A stretch of 64,000 nucleotides of DNA from Candidatus Nomurabacteria bacterium (GTDB taxonomy: Bacteria > Patescibacteriota > Minisyncoccia > Phycocordibacterales > UBA9973). How positions within the stretch are numbered: the stretch's first letter is position 1; the number at the start of each line of letters is the position of its first letter. A program made the translations under genes and the position numbers. This document shows positions 18,865-29,084 of this stretch, one piece after another. Below the pieces are notes generated by a model, which saw only the letters and a list, made by a program, of their open reading frames with translations, had not been told where the DNA came from and did no database searches. Location: assembly GCA_021413905.1 (NCBI GenBank), contig JAIOPO010000001.1, positions 137,159 to 201,158 on the forward strand, in the 5' to 3' direction.

Positions 18865-20679
18865 ATGAAAAATAATAGAAATAAAAAAAGCTTTATTACT
18901 CAAATAATGCATTTATATAAACCATTTCGTAAGTATATTTTTATTGTGGTTTTTGTGAATATACTTGGTCAATTGACCGGAACACTATCACCTTATTTAT
19001 TTGGAAAAAGTATCGACGCAGTGACTCATAAGAATATACACCTCACTTTTTATTTTTTAATGGGTGCTTTTCTGTTGTCTATTTTTCAGCTTATATTTTT
19101 ATCATGGTACAGAGAGAATCTTGAAATAAAAAAACTTGGCATCAATATAGAAAAATTTCTCTCAATATTTTCTGTAAATAGAATGCTGCAATTTTCTATT
19201 GGACAACATATAAATGAACATTCTGGTGTAAAACAATCCATAGTCAATAAAGGACAAAGTTCCTTGAATCAATTAATAGAAGCAACATTATATAATATGC
19301 TTCCTAGTATAATTCAGATATTGGTTACATTGATAATTCTTACTATTTTTGATTGGAGAATTGCTTTAACAGCCGTTATTTTTGTATTTATTTATATTTA
19401 TTTGACTGTTGAGAGAAATAAAAAATATTATCCTAGAATTGATGAAGTTAGAAAAAAACATCAAGCTCAGAGCAAAGTCCAATCTGAATTGTTTAGAAAT
19501 TCAACATTAATTATTTCTGAAGCCCAAGAACATCCTGTTGTTGAGAATTTTAATAATTTTTGGAACCAGGTGATTAATTCTGAAATTAAAACCTGGACTG
19601 ATTATTTGAAAAGTTTTTATCCTCAAAGATTATTTATTATAGTTGGTCAATATTCATGTCTTGGTTTGGGGATTTATTTTATTTTAACTGGTCAGCATTC
19701 TATTGGTATGATAGTTACATTAATATCTTGGATGAATTTTATTTTTGGTAATTTATTGAATATTATGAGTACTCAAAGGAGAATGTTGTTTCAAATTGTA
19801 GAAATCAAAAAATATTTTGATTTGTTGGAAATTGAACCAGATATTGATTCGAATCCAAATGGAAAAACAATAGAAAATTTGCAAGGCAAAATAGAATTTA
19901 AAAACGTTGATTTTGCTTATCCGTATCGCAAATCAAAAGAGCAGGAAGAAAATGAAGAAGTCATAGATAAAGAAAACAAAGAAGATCATACTGTGTCAGG
20001 GATAAATTTAGTTATTCCTGCTGGTGCCAAAGTTGGCTTTGTGGGAATGTCAGGCTCAGGCAAGACGACTATCGTGAATTTAATGAGAAGATATTATGAA
20101 ACAACAAATGGAGAAATTTTAATTGACGATGTTAATCTGAAAGATTTAAATTTGAAATGGTTTCGTTCGCATATCGGCAATGTCGAGCAGAAAATCGATT
20201 TATTCGATAGGAGTATTCGAGACAATATTCTGTTTGGGTTTTCGGAAAATCAAAAAAATATTGATGATGAAAAATTAAATAAAGCAGTGGAAGACGCTTC
20301 TTTAACTGATTTTATTTTGAAACTCAAAGATCATGGACTAGACACTGTGATAGGTGAAAGCGGGGTTAAAGTGTCAGGAGGAGAAAGACAAAGAATAGGT
20401 ATAGCGCGAGCTTTAATTAAAGATCCAAAAATTCTTATTTTCGATGAAGCTACAAGTGCGTTGGATTCATACAATGAAAAATTAATTCATGAAGCTATAA
20501 ATCGCGGAGCGAAAGGCAGAACAACCATAATCATAGCTCATAGATTGTCCACAATTATAGATGCAGACAAAGTTTTTGTCGTAGCGGACGGTAAAATAGT
20601 GGGAGAGGGGAAACATGAAGAATTGTCTAAAACATGTGAAGAATATAAAGAATTATTAAAACATCAAATTGTAAATTAA
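18865..20679 (+). CDS. ABC exporter, fused permease/ATPase
   Basis: N-terminal TM domain, GMSGSGKT, VSGGERQR, DEATSALD, AHRLST. Confidence 0.93.
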   Translation: MKNNRNKKSFITQIMHLYKPFRKYIFIVVFVNILGQLTGTLSPYLFGKSIDAVTHKNIHLTFYFLMGAFLLSIFQLIFLSWYRENLEIKKLGINIEKFLSIFSVNRMLQFSIGQHINEHSGVKQSIVNKGQSSLNQLIEATLYNMLPSIIQILVTLIILTIFDWRIALTAVIFVFIYIYLTVERNKKYYPRIDEVRKKHQAQSKVQSELFRNSTLIISEAQEHPVVENFNNFWNQVINSEIKTWTDYLKSFYPQRLFIIVGQYSCLGLGIYFILTGQHSIGMIVTLISWMNFIFGNLLNIMSTQRRMLFQIVEIKKYFDLLEIEPDIDSNPNGKTIENLQGKIEFKNVDFAYPYRKSKEQEENEEVIDKENKEDHTVSGINLVIPAGAKVGFVGMSGSGKTTIVNLMRRYYETTNGEILIDDVNLKDLNLKWFRSHIGNVEQKIDLFDRSIRDNILFGFSENQKNIDDEKLNKAVEDASLTDFILKLKDHGLDTVIGESGVKVSGGERQRIGIARALIKDPKILIFDEATSALDSYNEKLIHEAINRGAKGRTTIIIAHRLSTIIDADKVFVVADGKIVGEGKHEELSKTCEEYKELLKHQIVN

Positions 20680-20764
20680 TATGAAAAAAGAAACAATTTT
20701 GACTAACTAAGGTTTGATTGCTAGTATGTAAAAGTAATTGTTGTTTGACTTAAACCATAAAACC

Positions 20765-21766
20765 ATGGAAGGTAAAAATCCTTATTCGCTTAAACTTTTT
20801 TCTGCTGGTTCAGAAACAAAGCAAGATTTTGCAGAAGAAATCTCTATTTGGTTAAAAACTCCTTTAGAAAAAACGGAAGAAAAATTTTTTTCCAATGGAG
20901 AATTTTTATATCATCAAAAAGGTTCTGTGAGAGATTGCGATGTGTATGTTATTTTTCAACCTCGTTATGGTGATAAATATAAGCTCGCTTATGATATCGC
21001 TGAATCTGAAACAATTGTTTCCGCTTTAAAACAAGGTGAAGCACATAAAATAACCGTAGTTATTCCTTGTTTGCCTTACACAAGACAAGACAGGCCTTCA
21101 AATTATCGAGAACCTGTTTTGGTACAAATGTTACCAGCTAAATTGCAGAAATTAGGTGCCGACAGGATAGTAACTGCTCGTTTGCATAATGCGAGTAGTT
21201 ATAATGCATACCCAGGAAGTATTCCAATTACCAATATCAATGTTGATAATTTATTTATTCAATTTCTCGAAAAAAAAGAATTTGATTTGAATAAATTAAA
21301 ATTGGTTTCACCAGATCTTGGAGCGGCAAATTCTACGAGGAAAATTGCAGATGGTCTCGGTATTCCAGAACAACTTGTCGTTATGGATAAAGTCAGAGAC
21401 ACAAAATCTTCTAATAAATCAGAAGTGATGAATGTTATTGGAGAAGTTGAAGGATTTGATTGTATTATTCCTGACGATATCGCAGATACTTGTGGTACGG
21501 CTTTAAAAAGTGCGAGAGCTTTAAAAGAAAGAGGAGCGAGTCGTGTTTATTTTATGGCCGTGCATGGAGTACTTTCAGGCTCTGCTTTGCAAAATTTACA
21601 GAATGCAAACTTTGATGGTTTATGGTTGGGAGATACTTGTGACATATCTTTGGTTAAAAATTTCCAAAATTTTGAAGTTATTTCTACTTCAAAATTAGTT
21701 TCTAAAGTTATTGACAATCTCCATAACGGAGAGTCTGTTAATGATTTGTATAAAAATGGACATTAG
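20765..21766 (+). CDS. prs: Ribose-phosphate pyrophosphokinase (divergent)
   Basis: FSNGE, PYTRQDR, VSPDLGA, DDIADTCGT, HGVLS; own promoter TTGACT-17-TAGTAT upstream. Confidence 0.93.
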   Translation: MEGKNPYSLKLFSAGSETKQDFAEEISIWLKTPLEKTEEKFFSNGEFLYHQKGSVRDCDVYVIFQPRYGDKYKLAYDIAESETIVSALKQGEAHKITVVIPCLPYTRQDRPSNYREPVLVQMLPAKLQKLGADRIVTARLHNASSYNAYPGSIPITNINVDNLFIQFLEKKEFDLNKLKLVSPDLGAANSTRKIADGLGIPEQLVVMDKVRDTKSSNKSEVMNVIGEVEGFDCIIPDDIADTCGTALKSARALKERGASRVYFMAVHGVLSGSALQNLQNANFDGLWLGDTCDISLVKNFQNFEVISTSKLVSKVIDNLHNGESVNDLYKNGH

Positions 21767-21769
21767 AGT

Positions 21770-21798
21770 AAAAGGAGAACTTCGGTTCTCCTTTTTTT
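21770..21798 (+). terminator. Terminator with UUCG tetraloop after prs
   Basis: AAAAGGAGAAC-TTCG-GTTCTCCTTTTTTT. Confidence 0.92.
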
Positions 21799-21826
21799 AT
21801 TTTTTTAAAAATGTTAGAATATTGGA

Positions 21827-23212
21827 ATGAAAAATAGAGTATATATAAAGGATTTAAATCAAAATATAGGGCAGGAAATTATCATCGCTGGATGGGTAAA
21901 TGTCAGAAGAGATCAAGGTAAAATGGTTTTTATGGATATGCGTGATATGACAGGTATCGTGCAATGTGTAGTTTTGCCGAATAGCGAAGCTATAAATATT
22001 GCAAAAGAATTTCGTTCCGAATGGGTTTTAAAAATAAAAGGAAAAGTAAATGCTCGCCCTGAAAAAAATATTAAACAAGGTGTTTTAAACGGCGACATTG
22101 AACTCGAAGTTTTGAGTATTGAAGTATTGAATAAAGCTGAAACTACTCCTTTTTTAATTAGTGAAAGTACCTCAAATGTAAACGAAGATGTAAGAATGAA
22201 ATATAAATATCTTGATCTACGTACAGAAAGAATGCAAAACAACTTAAGAATGAGAGACAAGGTAGTAACTTTTTTCCGTGATTATATGCATGAAAATGAT
22301 TTCTTAGATATTGAAACACCGATAATGACTAAGGGTACACCAGAAGGCAGTCGTGAATATTTGGTTCCTTCTCGTATGGAGCTTGGGAATTTTTATGTAC
22401 TTCCGCAATCACCTCAACAATTTAAACAACTTGCTATGGTTGCTGGTTTTGAAAAATATTTTCAAATAGCAAAATGTATGCGCGATGAAGATACAAGAGG
22501 CGATAGACAACCGGAATTTACTCAACTTGATTATGAAATGTCTTTTATCACACAAGAAGAAATTATTTCTTATACTGAAGATATGTTTATAAAAATGGTA
22601 CAGAAAGTTTATCCAGATAAAAAAATTCAAGAGATTCCTTTTCCAAGAATTACTTATAAAGAATCAATGGAAAAATATGGTAATGATAAGCCTGATTTAC
22701 GAAATGACAAAAATGATTTGAATTTATTAGCATTTTGTTGGGTAGTTGATTTTCCAATGTTTGAAAAAGATTCTGAAGGTGGATTGCAAGCTGTGCATCA
22801 CCCATTTACTTCTCCAAAAGATGAAGATGCACATTTGCTCAACACAGATCCATTGTCTGCTCGAGCGAACGCCTACGATTTAGTATTAAATGGATTCGAG
22901 CTCGGCGGAGGTTCTATTAGAATTCATCAAAGAGAATTACAAAATAAAATTTTTGAATTATTGGGTTTGACTAAAGAGTTAATTGAAGCGCGTTTTGGTC
23001 ATATGTTGACAGCTTTTGAATATGGAGCTCCACCTCATGGTGGTTGTGCGCATGGTATTGATCGTGTTGTGATGATTTTACAAAATGAACCCAATATTCG
23101 TGAAGTGATTGCATTTCCAAAAACAGGTGAGGGTAAAGACTTGATGATGGGAGCACCGTCAGAAGCATCAGAAAAACAGTTAAAGGAATTAGGAATTAAA
23201 TTTTCTAAATAA
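21827..23212 (+). CDS. aspS: Aspartate--tRNA ligase, bacterial type lacking the GAD insertion (461 aa)
   Basis: OB fold, [36 protein letters not shown]; DKPDLR runs straight into WVVDFP. Confidence 0.96.
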   Translation: MKNRVYIKDLNQNIGQEIIIAGWVNVRRDQGKMVFMDMRDMTGIVQCVVLPNSEAINIAKEFRSEWVLKIKGKVNARPEKNIKQGVLNGDIELEVLSIEVLNKAETTPFLISESTSNVNEDVRMKYKYLDLRTERMQNNLRMRDKVVTFFRDYMHENDFLDIETPIMTKGTPEGSREYLVPSRMELGNFYVLPQSPQQFKQLAMVAGFEKYFQIAKCMRDEDTRGDRQPEFTQLDYEMSFITQEEIISYTEDMFIKMVQKVYPDKKIQEIPFPRITYKESMEKYGNDKPDLRNDKNDLNLLAFCWVVDFPMFEKDSEGGLQAVHHPFTSPKDEDAHLLNTDPLSARANAYDLVLNGFELGGGSIRIHQRELQNKIFELLGLTKELIEARFGHMLTAFEYGAPPHGGCAHGIDRVVMILQNEPNIREVIAFPKTGEGKDLMMGAPSEASEKQLKELGIKFSK

Positions 23213-23218
23213 ATTTAT

Positions 23219-23830
23219 ATGCTCGAAACAAAAGAAATTATAAATCAATTAGGCTCGTTGTCTTATTTTGGAATATTTATCGTTTCTATTCTTTCAAATG
23301 TAATAATTCCAATACCCGAAGAAGGTGTCCTTTTAGTTTTGGGATTTTTATCAGGAACTCCGGCCGTAAATGGATTTATTATGGTACCTGTAGTTTTTTT
23401 AGGTCTTTTGATTAGTGATATTATTATGTATTCTCTAGCTAGACATGGCTCAAAAATAGTTAATTTTTTATACAAAAAAGTTTTCGCTTCACGTTTGGAA
23501 GATAAAAAAGAATGGATAGAAACAAATATAAATAAAGTTGTATTTTTCTCAAGATTTTTAGTGCAATTGCGTTTCCTCGGACCATTTTTTGCCGGACATA
23601 ATAAAATGCCATTTCGTAAATTTTTAGTTTATGATGCTTTAGCTCTCGCAATCTATGTACCTCTTTATGTTTTTCTGGGTTGGTATTTTCATAATAGAGT
23701 AGAGTTGATAGTTGACGGTATTGGTAAAATTAGAAATATAATTATCCTCGCAGTTGTTTTTATTTTAATAATTACATTTTTAAAATTTAGTTATAATTTT
23801 TTTATAAAGAAAATATTGAATACCAGATAA
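23219..23830 (+). CDS. DedA-family membrane protein
   Basis: PIPEE, D...Y.L.R, SRFL..LR..PFFAG..KM. Confidence 0.9.
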   Translation: MLETKEIINQLGSLSYFGIFIVSILSNVIIPIPEEGVLLVLGFLSGTPAVNGFIMVPVVFLGLLISDIIMYSLARHGSKIVNFLYKKVFASRLEDKKEWIETNINKVVFFSRFLVQLRFLGPFFAGHNKMPFRKFLVYDALALAIYVPLYVFLGWYFHNRVELIVDGIGKIRNIIILAVVFILIITFLKFSYNFFIKKILNTR

Positions 23831-23831
23831 T

Positions 23832-24170
23832 ATGACTTTATTAAATAAAAAATGCATACCGTGTGAAAAGAATAAAGGCATTAAACCTTTTGATAAACAA
23901 AAAGCGGAAGAATATTTATTTGAAATTTATAATTGGGTTTTGGGTAAAAATGCAAAAACTATTTCCAAAGAATTTAAATTTAAGGATTTTATCGGAGCGA
24001 TAAATTTTATAAATAATGTCGCGGATATTGCTGAAATGGAAGGACATCATCCAGATATTCATATAAATTACAATAAGGTGTTGCTTGAATTGACCACACA
24101 TTCTATAGGCGGACTTTCCGAAAATGATTTTATCGTCGCTGCCAAAATCGACGGACAATGTGTTTTTTAA
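23832..24170 (+). CDS. phhB: Pterin-4-alpha-carbinolamine dehydratase
   Basis: CIPC, AEMEGHHPDI, THSIGGLSENDFIVAAKID. Confidence 0.93.
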   Translation: MTLLNKKCIPCEKNKGIKPFDKQKAEEYLFEIYNWVLGKNAKTISKEFKFKDFIGAINFINNVADIAEMEGHHPDIHINYNKVLLELTTHSIGGLSENDFIVAAKIDGQCVF

Positions 24171-24184
24171 AAAATGAAAAATAA

Positions 24185-24218
24185 AAAGTGTCAATTCCTT
24201 AATTGGAATTGACACTTT
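24185..24218. terminator. 14-bp hairpin, probable bidirectional terminator
   Basis: AAAGTGTCAATTCC-ttaatt-GGAATTGACACTTT between convergent genes. Confidence 0.8.
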
Positions 24219-24241
24219 GTTTTAGAATGGTGGTTGCCTGG

Positions 24242-24607
24242 TTATTTTCTCATCGCAATAGCCCACTCTTTACAATCAGCGTGAGTCAATGGATAGGTAA
24301 CTTTAACCCACCATTCTTTGTCAGCGACAAGGGATTTTACTATGTCTGGCCGGCCGTCATTATTTGAGTCAATAATCCATCTTATGCAGGTGGAATTATT
24401 GAGTCGGTGGGACTTTACTTCTACTGAATTATCTCCAGTTAGAACAACATACCCATTTTGTAATGAGTGAGGGGGGAAAAAATAATGACACGCAAAAAAT
24501 ACAGTCAGTGGGCCAATGATTAATATCACTGGAAAAGTAAAGATTTTAATTTTTACTTTTGTCGAAGCCCTGGAAATCACAGGGTTGAAGTTTTTTAAAT
24601 TTGGCAT
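24242..24607 (-). CDS. Orphan single-TM protein
   Basis: 121-aa ORF, hydrophobic segment, DSNNDGRPD motif; own promoter at 24703-24730 (-). Confidence 0.65.
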   Translation of the reverse strand: MPNLKNFNPVISRASTKVKIKIFTFPVILIIGPLTVFFACHYFFPPHSLQNGYVVLTGDNSVEVKSHRLNNSTCIRWIIDSNNDGRPDIVKSLVADKEWWVKVTYPLTHADCKEWAIAMRK

Positions 24608-24702
24608 GGTTTTTAGGGTTTAGAGGAATATTCCATTTTTGTGAAATACTTTTCAAAACCCTAAATACAACCATTTTTTAAAGAACAAAAACTACTATTA
24701 AA

Positions 24703-24730
24703 GTATAGCACTTTAGTGTAAAAAAGTCAA
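24703..24730 (-). promoter_or_regulatory. sigma70 promoter of orphan 24242-24607
   Basis: Minus strand TTGACT...TGcTATACT, followed downstream by TTGTTCTTTAAAA (boxA-like). Confidence 0.75.
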
Positions 24731-24810
24731 GTAAATTACAAATAAAGCTTATAAACAAAGAATATATTAGTGACTTTCTTTTCAACTCTTTTTTTGTTAA
24801 AGTGGATTAT

Positions 24811-27369
24811 ATGAAAAATAAAAAATCTGTCAGATTGGCGGGGCATATACAGCCTTTGCATTATGAAATAACACTTAGACCGGATTTGGAAATGCATGTT
24901 TTTTCCGGTGAAGAAATTATAACCATAAATTCAGATAAAGATGTAAATGAAATAACTTTACATTCTAAAGATTTGGATATTACAAAAGCAGAAATCCTCT
25001 CTAATTCTATATTTGTAAAAAAAATAACTTACGACAAAAAAAGAGAAACCGCTACTTTTATTTTTTCAAAAAAAATTCCAAAAGGAAAAGTAAAATTGAA
25101 AATAGTTTTTTGCGGTATTTTGGCAGACAATATGCGTGGATTTTACAAGAGTAAATATGTGGTGGATGGCAAAGAACATTTTATGGCAACGACACAATTC
25201 GAAGCCACAGACGCACGCAAATGTATTCCATGTTTTGACGAACCGGCACATAAAGCCATATTTAAAGTTCATTTAGTTATTCCAAATGGCAAAACCGCAA
25301 TTTCAAATACTTTGCCTGAGACAATAAAAGAACACGACGCCGGATATAAAATAGTTTCTTTTGCGGATACTCCTAAAATGTCCACTTATCTCTTGGCTTT
25401 TATTGTAGGAGATTTTGAATGGGTGGAACAAAAAACAAAAAAGGGTGTATTGGTGCGAGTTATCACTACTCCGGGCAAAAAACACCAAGCAAGTTTTGCA
25501 TTGGATGTTACAGTGCGTTGTTTGGAATTTTATGAAAAATATTTTGATATACCGTATCCGTTAAATACTTTGGATATGTTGGCTATTCCGGATTTTGCTT
25601 CAGGAGCAATGGAAAATTGGGGAGCGATAACTTTCCGGGAAATATGTTTATTGGTTGATGAAAAACACACTTCTACTGCGACAAAAGAATATGTGGCTAT
25701 CGTGATAGCCCATGAATTAGCGCATCAATGGTTTGGAAATCTTGTTACGATGGAATGGTGGACACATTTGTGGCTCAATGAAGGTTTTGCTTCATATATA
25801 CCGTATCTTGCAATCAATGAACTTTTTCCATCATGGAATATTTGGGACAAATTCGCGACAGATGATTTGATGACAGCATTTAAACTCGATGCTTTAAATA
25901 ATACTCATCCAATAGAAGTAGAAGTGCATAATCCGGATGAAATAGGAGAGATTTTTGACGCTGTTTCATATAGTAAAGGAGCCGTAGTCATAAGAATGCT
26001 CGCGGATTATTTGGGCGAGAAAAATTTTCGTGAAGGTTTAAAATATTATTTAAAAAAGCACAGCTATAAAAACGCTTCGACTATACATCTCTGGGAAGCG
26101 TTTGAAAAAGTTTCAAAAAAGCCCGTAAAAAAAATGATGGCTATTTGGACAGGGAAGTCCGGCTATCCTGTTATTTCAATTAAACAAAAAAACAATAAAT
26201 TTGAAATCTCACAAGAGAGATATTTTTCAAATGAAGGCAGTAAAAAGAAAAATAAAGATAAAACAATCTGGCCTATTCCTCTTTCTGTGGTTTCTGACAA
26301 AGGTGTTGAAAATTTATCTTTAATGAATAAGAAAAAGATAACTTTTGAAAAAGTAAAAGGCAATTGGTTTAAGTTTAATGCAAATGAAAGCGGTTTGTAT
26401 AGAACAAATTATGAGACAAAAATGTTGGCAAATTTGGCAGAAAAAATAAAACAAAAAAAATTGACAGCAGTCGATCGTCTTGGAATTATTCGCGATTTGT
26501 TTGCTTTATCAGAAGCCGGAATAGTGCCGACAAATCAAGCCTTGGAAACATGTTTATTGTATAAAAATGAAAATGAACTTATCGTATGGACAGAAATAAT
26601 ATCCGGGCTTCGTTATTTGATGAATCTTTTGTCTGGAACAAAAAGTGAAAAAAACTTTAAAAAATATGCCAGCGAATTGTTGTCAGAAATCGCAAAGTCT
26701 GTGGGTTTTGAAAAGAAAAAAGATGAGACGCATAATGCTTCACTTTTGCGTCCACTTGTGTTGGGTGCCAGTTCTTATTTCGGCAATACAGATGTTATTA
26801 ATGAAATAATAAAAATATTTAATAATAGAAATATTGCACCCATACACGCGGATATTCGCGGTATTGTGTATGGCACTGTCGTGCGTGAAGGCGGAGAAAA
26901 AGAATATCAAACTGTTTTAGATATGTATAAAAAAGAAAATTTGCATGAAGAAAAAAACAGATTACTCGGAGCATTGTGCGCAACACGCGACAAAAAACTA
27001 TTAAAACAAACCTTGGAATTTATAATGTCAAACAATGTTCGCATGCAAGACCGAAATAGTGCTTTTGTTGGTGTCTTGGTAAATCCATATGGTAAAAGCC
27101 TAGGTTGGAATTTTATAAAAAATAATTGGAAAAAAATAGGTGAAGCATATGGTGACGGCAATCATTTGCTTGCGAGATTGATTTCCGGATTAAATAGAAA
27201 CACTACTCGTGAATCTTATGATGATATTAAAAAATTCTTTAAAACTCACAAAGCTCCGTCCGCTGAACGCACAATCCTGCAAACCCTCGAACATATTGAT
27301 TCTAATATCAGATGGCTCAAACGCGACTCTTCAAAAATCGAGCAGTATCTAAAAAACATTGCAAAATAA
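24811..27369 (+). CDS. pepN: M1-family aminopeptidase (puromycin-sensitive/PepN type)
   Basis: GAMENWG, HELAHQWFG...WLNEG, YSKG. Confidence 0.95.
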   Translation: MKNKKSVRLAGHIQPLHYEITLRPDLEMHVFSGEEIITINSDKDVNEITLHSKDLDITKAEILSNSIFVKKITYDKKRETATFIFSKKIPKGKVKLKIVFCGILADNMRGFYKSKYVVDGKEHFMATTQFEATDARKCIPCFDEPAHKAIFKVHLVIPNGKTAISNTLPETIKEHDAGYKIVSFADTPKMSTYLLAFIVGDFEWVEQKTKKGVLVRVITTPGKKHQASFALDVTVRCLEFYEKYFDIPYPLNTLDMLAIPDFASGAMENWGAITFREICLLVDEKHTSTATKEYVAIVIAHELAHQWFGNLVTMEWWTHLWLNEGFASYIPYLAINELFPSWNIWDKFATDDLMTAFKLDALNNTHPIEVEVHNPDEIGEIFDAVSYSKGAVVIRMLADYLGEKNFREGLKYYLKKHSYKNASTIHLWEAFEKVSKKPVKKMMAIWTGKSGYPVISIKQKNNKFEISQERYFSNEGSKKKNKDKTIWPIPLSVVSDKGVENLSLMNKKKITFEKVKGNWFKFNANESGLYRTNYETKMLANLAEKIKQKKLTAVDRLGIIRDLFALSEAGIVPTNQALETCLLYKNENELIVWTEIISGLRYLMNLLSGTKSEKNFKKYASELLSEIAKSVGFEKKKDETHNASLLRPLVLGASSYFGNTDVINEIIKIFNNRNIAPIHADIRGIVYGTVVREGGEKEYQTVLDMYKKENLHEEKNRLLGALCATRDKKLLKQTLEFIMSNNVRMQDRNSAFVGVLVNPYGKSLGWNFIKNNWKKIGEAYGDGNHLLARLISGLNRNTTRESYDDIKKFFKTHKAPSAERTILQTLEHIDSNIRWLKRDSSKIEQYLKNIAK

Positions 27370-27461
27370 TGGTTCTCTGGATTCTCCGCAAAAATCGCTT
27401 GACAAATGGTATATAAAGATGCTATATTTAATTAAATTAATGTTCATTTAATAATAAAACT

Positions 27462-27671
27462 ATGTGGAAAATTTCCATATTGTCTTTGTTAATTTGTATG
27501 TTACTGATAGTAAGTTATTACTTAGGAGGAATTAAGCCAGAGGCTTATGATATTTTCAAAGTAATACTGTACACGTTTGGAGGTATTTTTTTACTTTCAA
27601 CTGGCTACTTTATTTATGAACTAAACAAAGGCAAAAAAAAAGTCCAAACAAAGTTAGGTGAAGTACAGTAA
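27462..27671 (+). CDS. Orphan small two-TM protein
   Basis: 69 aa, two hydrophobic helices; TTGACA...TGcTATATT promoter at about 27399-27428. Confidence 0.65.
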   Translation: MWKISILSLLICMLLIVSYYLGGIKPEAYDIFKVILYTFGGIFLLSTGYFIYELNKGKKKVQTKLGEVQ

Positions 27672-27950
27672 CCTAGCCCCTGGCTAACCCTTAATATGTT
27701 TAGGGATTCAGTTTTAAAATCTATTGAGTATAGATAATTTCGTTTGTATAGCTTCCCCAGCGTCGCTAGAGAAATTATTTTGAAAAATAGAGGAGTTTCT
27801 GAATACTTGTTTATCAAGTAAATCAAAAAACTGGTGTATTAAAAAATATTTTAGGTAAACGATTTTGTTTGCCTACATTATTCAGATCGCAAAATAATTT
27901 GTTATCTGAAAGTGTAAAATTGTTCATTCACAAATTTAAATACCAAGGAA

Positions 27951-28880
27951 ATGATAAAAGAGAAAGTACTCGATTCAATCACTATTCTTGCCAACGGAGA
28001 TGTTCCCGAGGTAATGAAGAAAAGTTTGGCTGAAAGCCAAACAGACCTGACCCCGCTTTGCGATACTACAATCATTCAAGCTGAAAACATCAGCCATGGA
28101 GGATATTTGCAAGAGCACTACGGAATTGATATGGCACTTCAGATTCTTGCAAAAGAACCTAATCGCAAAATCATTCTTTATTCACCATTAACTCTAGAAA
28201 ATCTTCGCAAGAGGAAGGAAAAATTGGAGCTTATTTTGGCGAAACCAAACGCACGATTTCTCGAAATGCCATTCTCAATTAAGACACTGGTATCTGCTTT
28301 TCAAGCAGAAGTAACAGAAATGGATGCAGAAAAAACTGCTATCGCTTTAACTAATCATGTAAAAGGCGCCCTTTCTGGTATCTTCCATAATATACGCAAA
28401 GCAAAGAATCCATTACAACCCGAAGGTCAATGGCAGACTGAAATAGTCGCCAAAGGCTTTGCTACAGCAAAGGAAATATTTCCAATGCTTGCTGATAAGG
28501 ACAATGCTTCCATTCTTTCATTTTTAGAAGAAATTTCTGCTGACCGCGAAGAAATACGGAAGGGCGAAGAACTTACCGGAATATTCTGCGATATGGAAGG
28601 AACACTTTTTGCAAATGGCATTTTAAATAATGCTTTACTTACTTTCCTGCATCAGCAAGAAATTGAGAGCAAAATAATTACCTTATGGACTGATGGAAAC
28701 ATTGCAGAGCTTCAAACCATGCTTGATGCAAATGGGATTACATGGCAACTTAAAGCAAAACGAGATTTTGCCGGAGCAATTGTCGAAATGGCAATTGATG
28801 ATATGGACGAGAATAGCTTTACTGGATTAACAAAAATCTTTGCAAAAAGATTTAGGCCAATACAGGAATTTTCTGCTTGA
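27951..28880 (+). CDS. Hypothetical protein: receiver-like N-terminus plus HAD-like C-terminal domain
   Basis: C-terminal IFCDMEGTL, LWTDG, K, AIDD match HAD motifs I-IV; N-terminal GIDMA..KIILYS..FLEMPF resembles a REC fold. Confidence 0.6.
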   Translation: MIKEKVLDSITILANGDVPEVMKKSLAESQTDLTPLCDTTIIQAENISHGGYLQEHYGIDMALQILAKEPNRKIILYSPLTLENLRKRKEKLELILAKPNARFLEMPFSIKTLVSAFQAEVTEMDAEKTAIALTNHVKGALSGIFHNIRKAKNPLQPEGQWQTEIVAKGFATAKEIFPMLADKDNASILSFLEEISADREEIRKGEELTGIFCDMEGTLFANGILNNALLTFLHQQEIESKIITLWTDGNIAELQTMLDANGITWQLKAKRDFAGAIVEMAIDDMDENSFTGLTKIFAKRFRPIQEFSA

Positions 28881-28900
28881 TCAGAAAAAGTTAATTTATC

Positions 28901-28936
28901 AAAGTCGTCTTTTTAAAAAATGGACGGCTTTTTTTT
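28901..28936 (+). terminator. Terminator after 27951-28880
   Basis: AAAGTCGTCT...GGACGGCTTT followed by a T tract. Confidence 0.65.
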
Positions 28937-28978
28937 ATTGCTTACTTTTCAATATCAGCCATGGCGTATATGTATTTT

Positions 28979-29016
28979 CCCTCTATAGTAATCTGAAGAG
29001 AGGGCAGGGGTGAGGG
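28979..29016 (+). repeat. Degenerate BoxC-like palindromic repeat
   Basis: CCCTCT...GAGAGGGCAGGGGTGAGGG, a G-rich island in AT-rich DNA. Confidence 0.5.
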
Positions 29017-29084
29017 AATTTTACTCCTGATAAGGGGGGTGTGTTGTATTTTGTTAAAACACAGAAAAATGCTAAAATAAGAAG

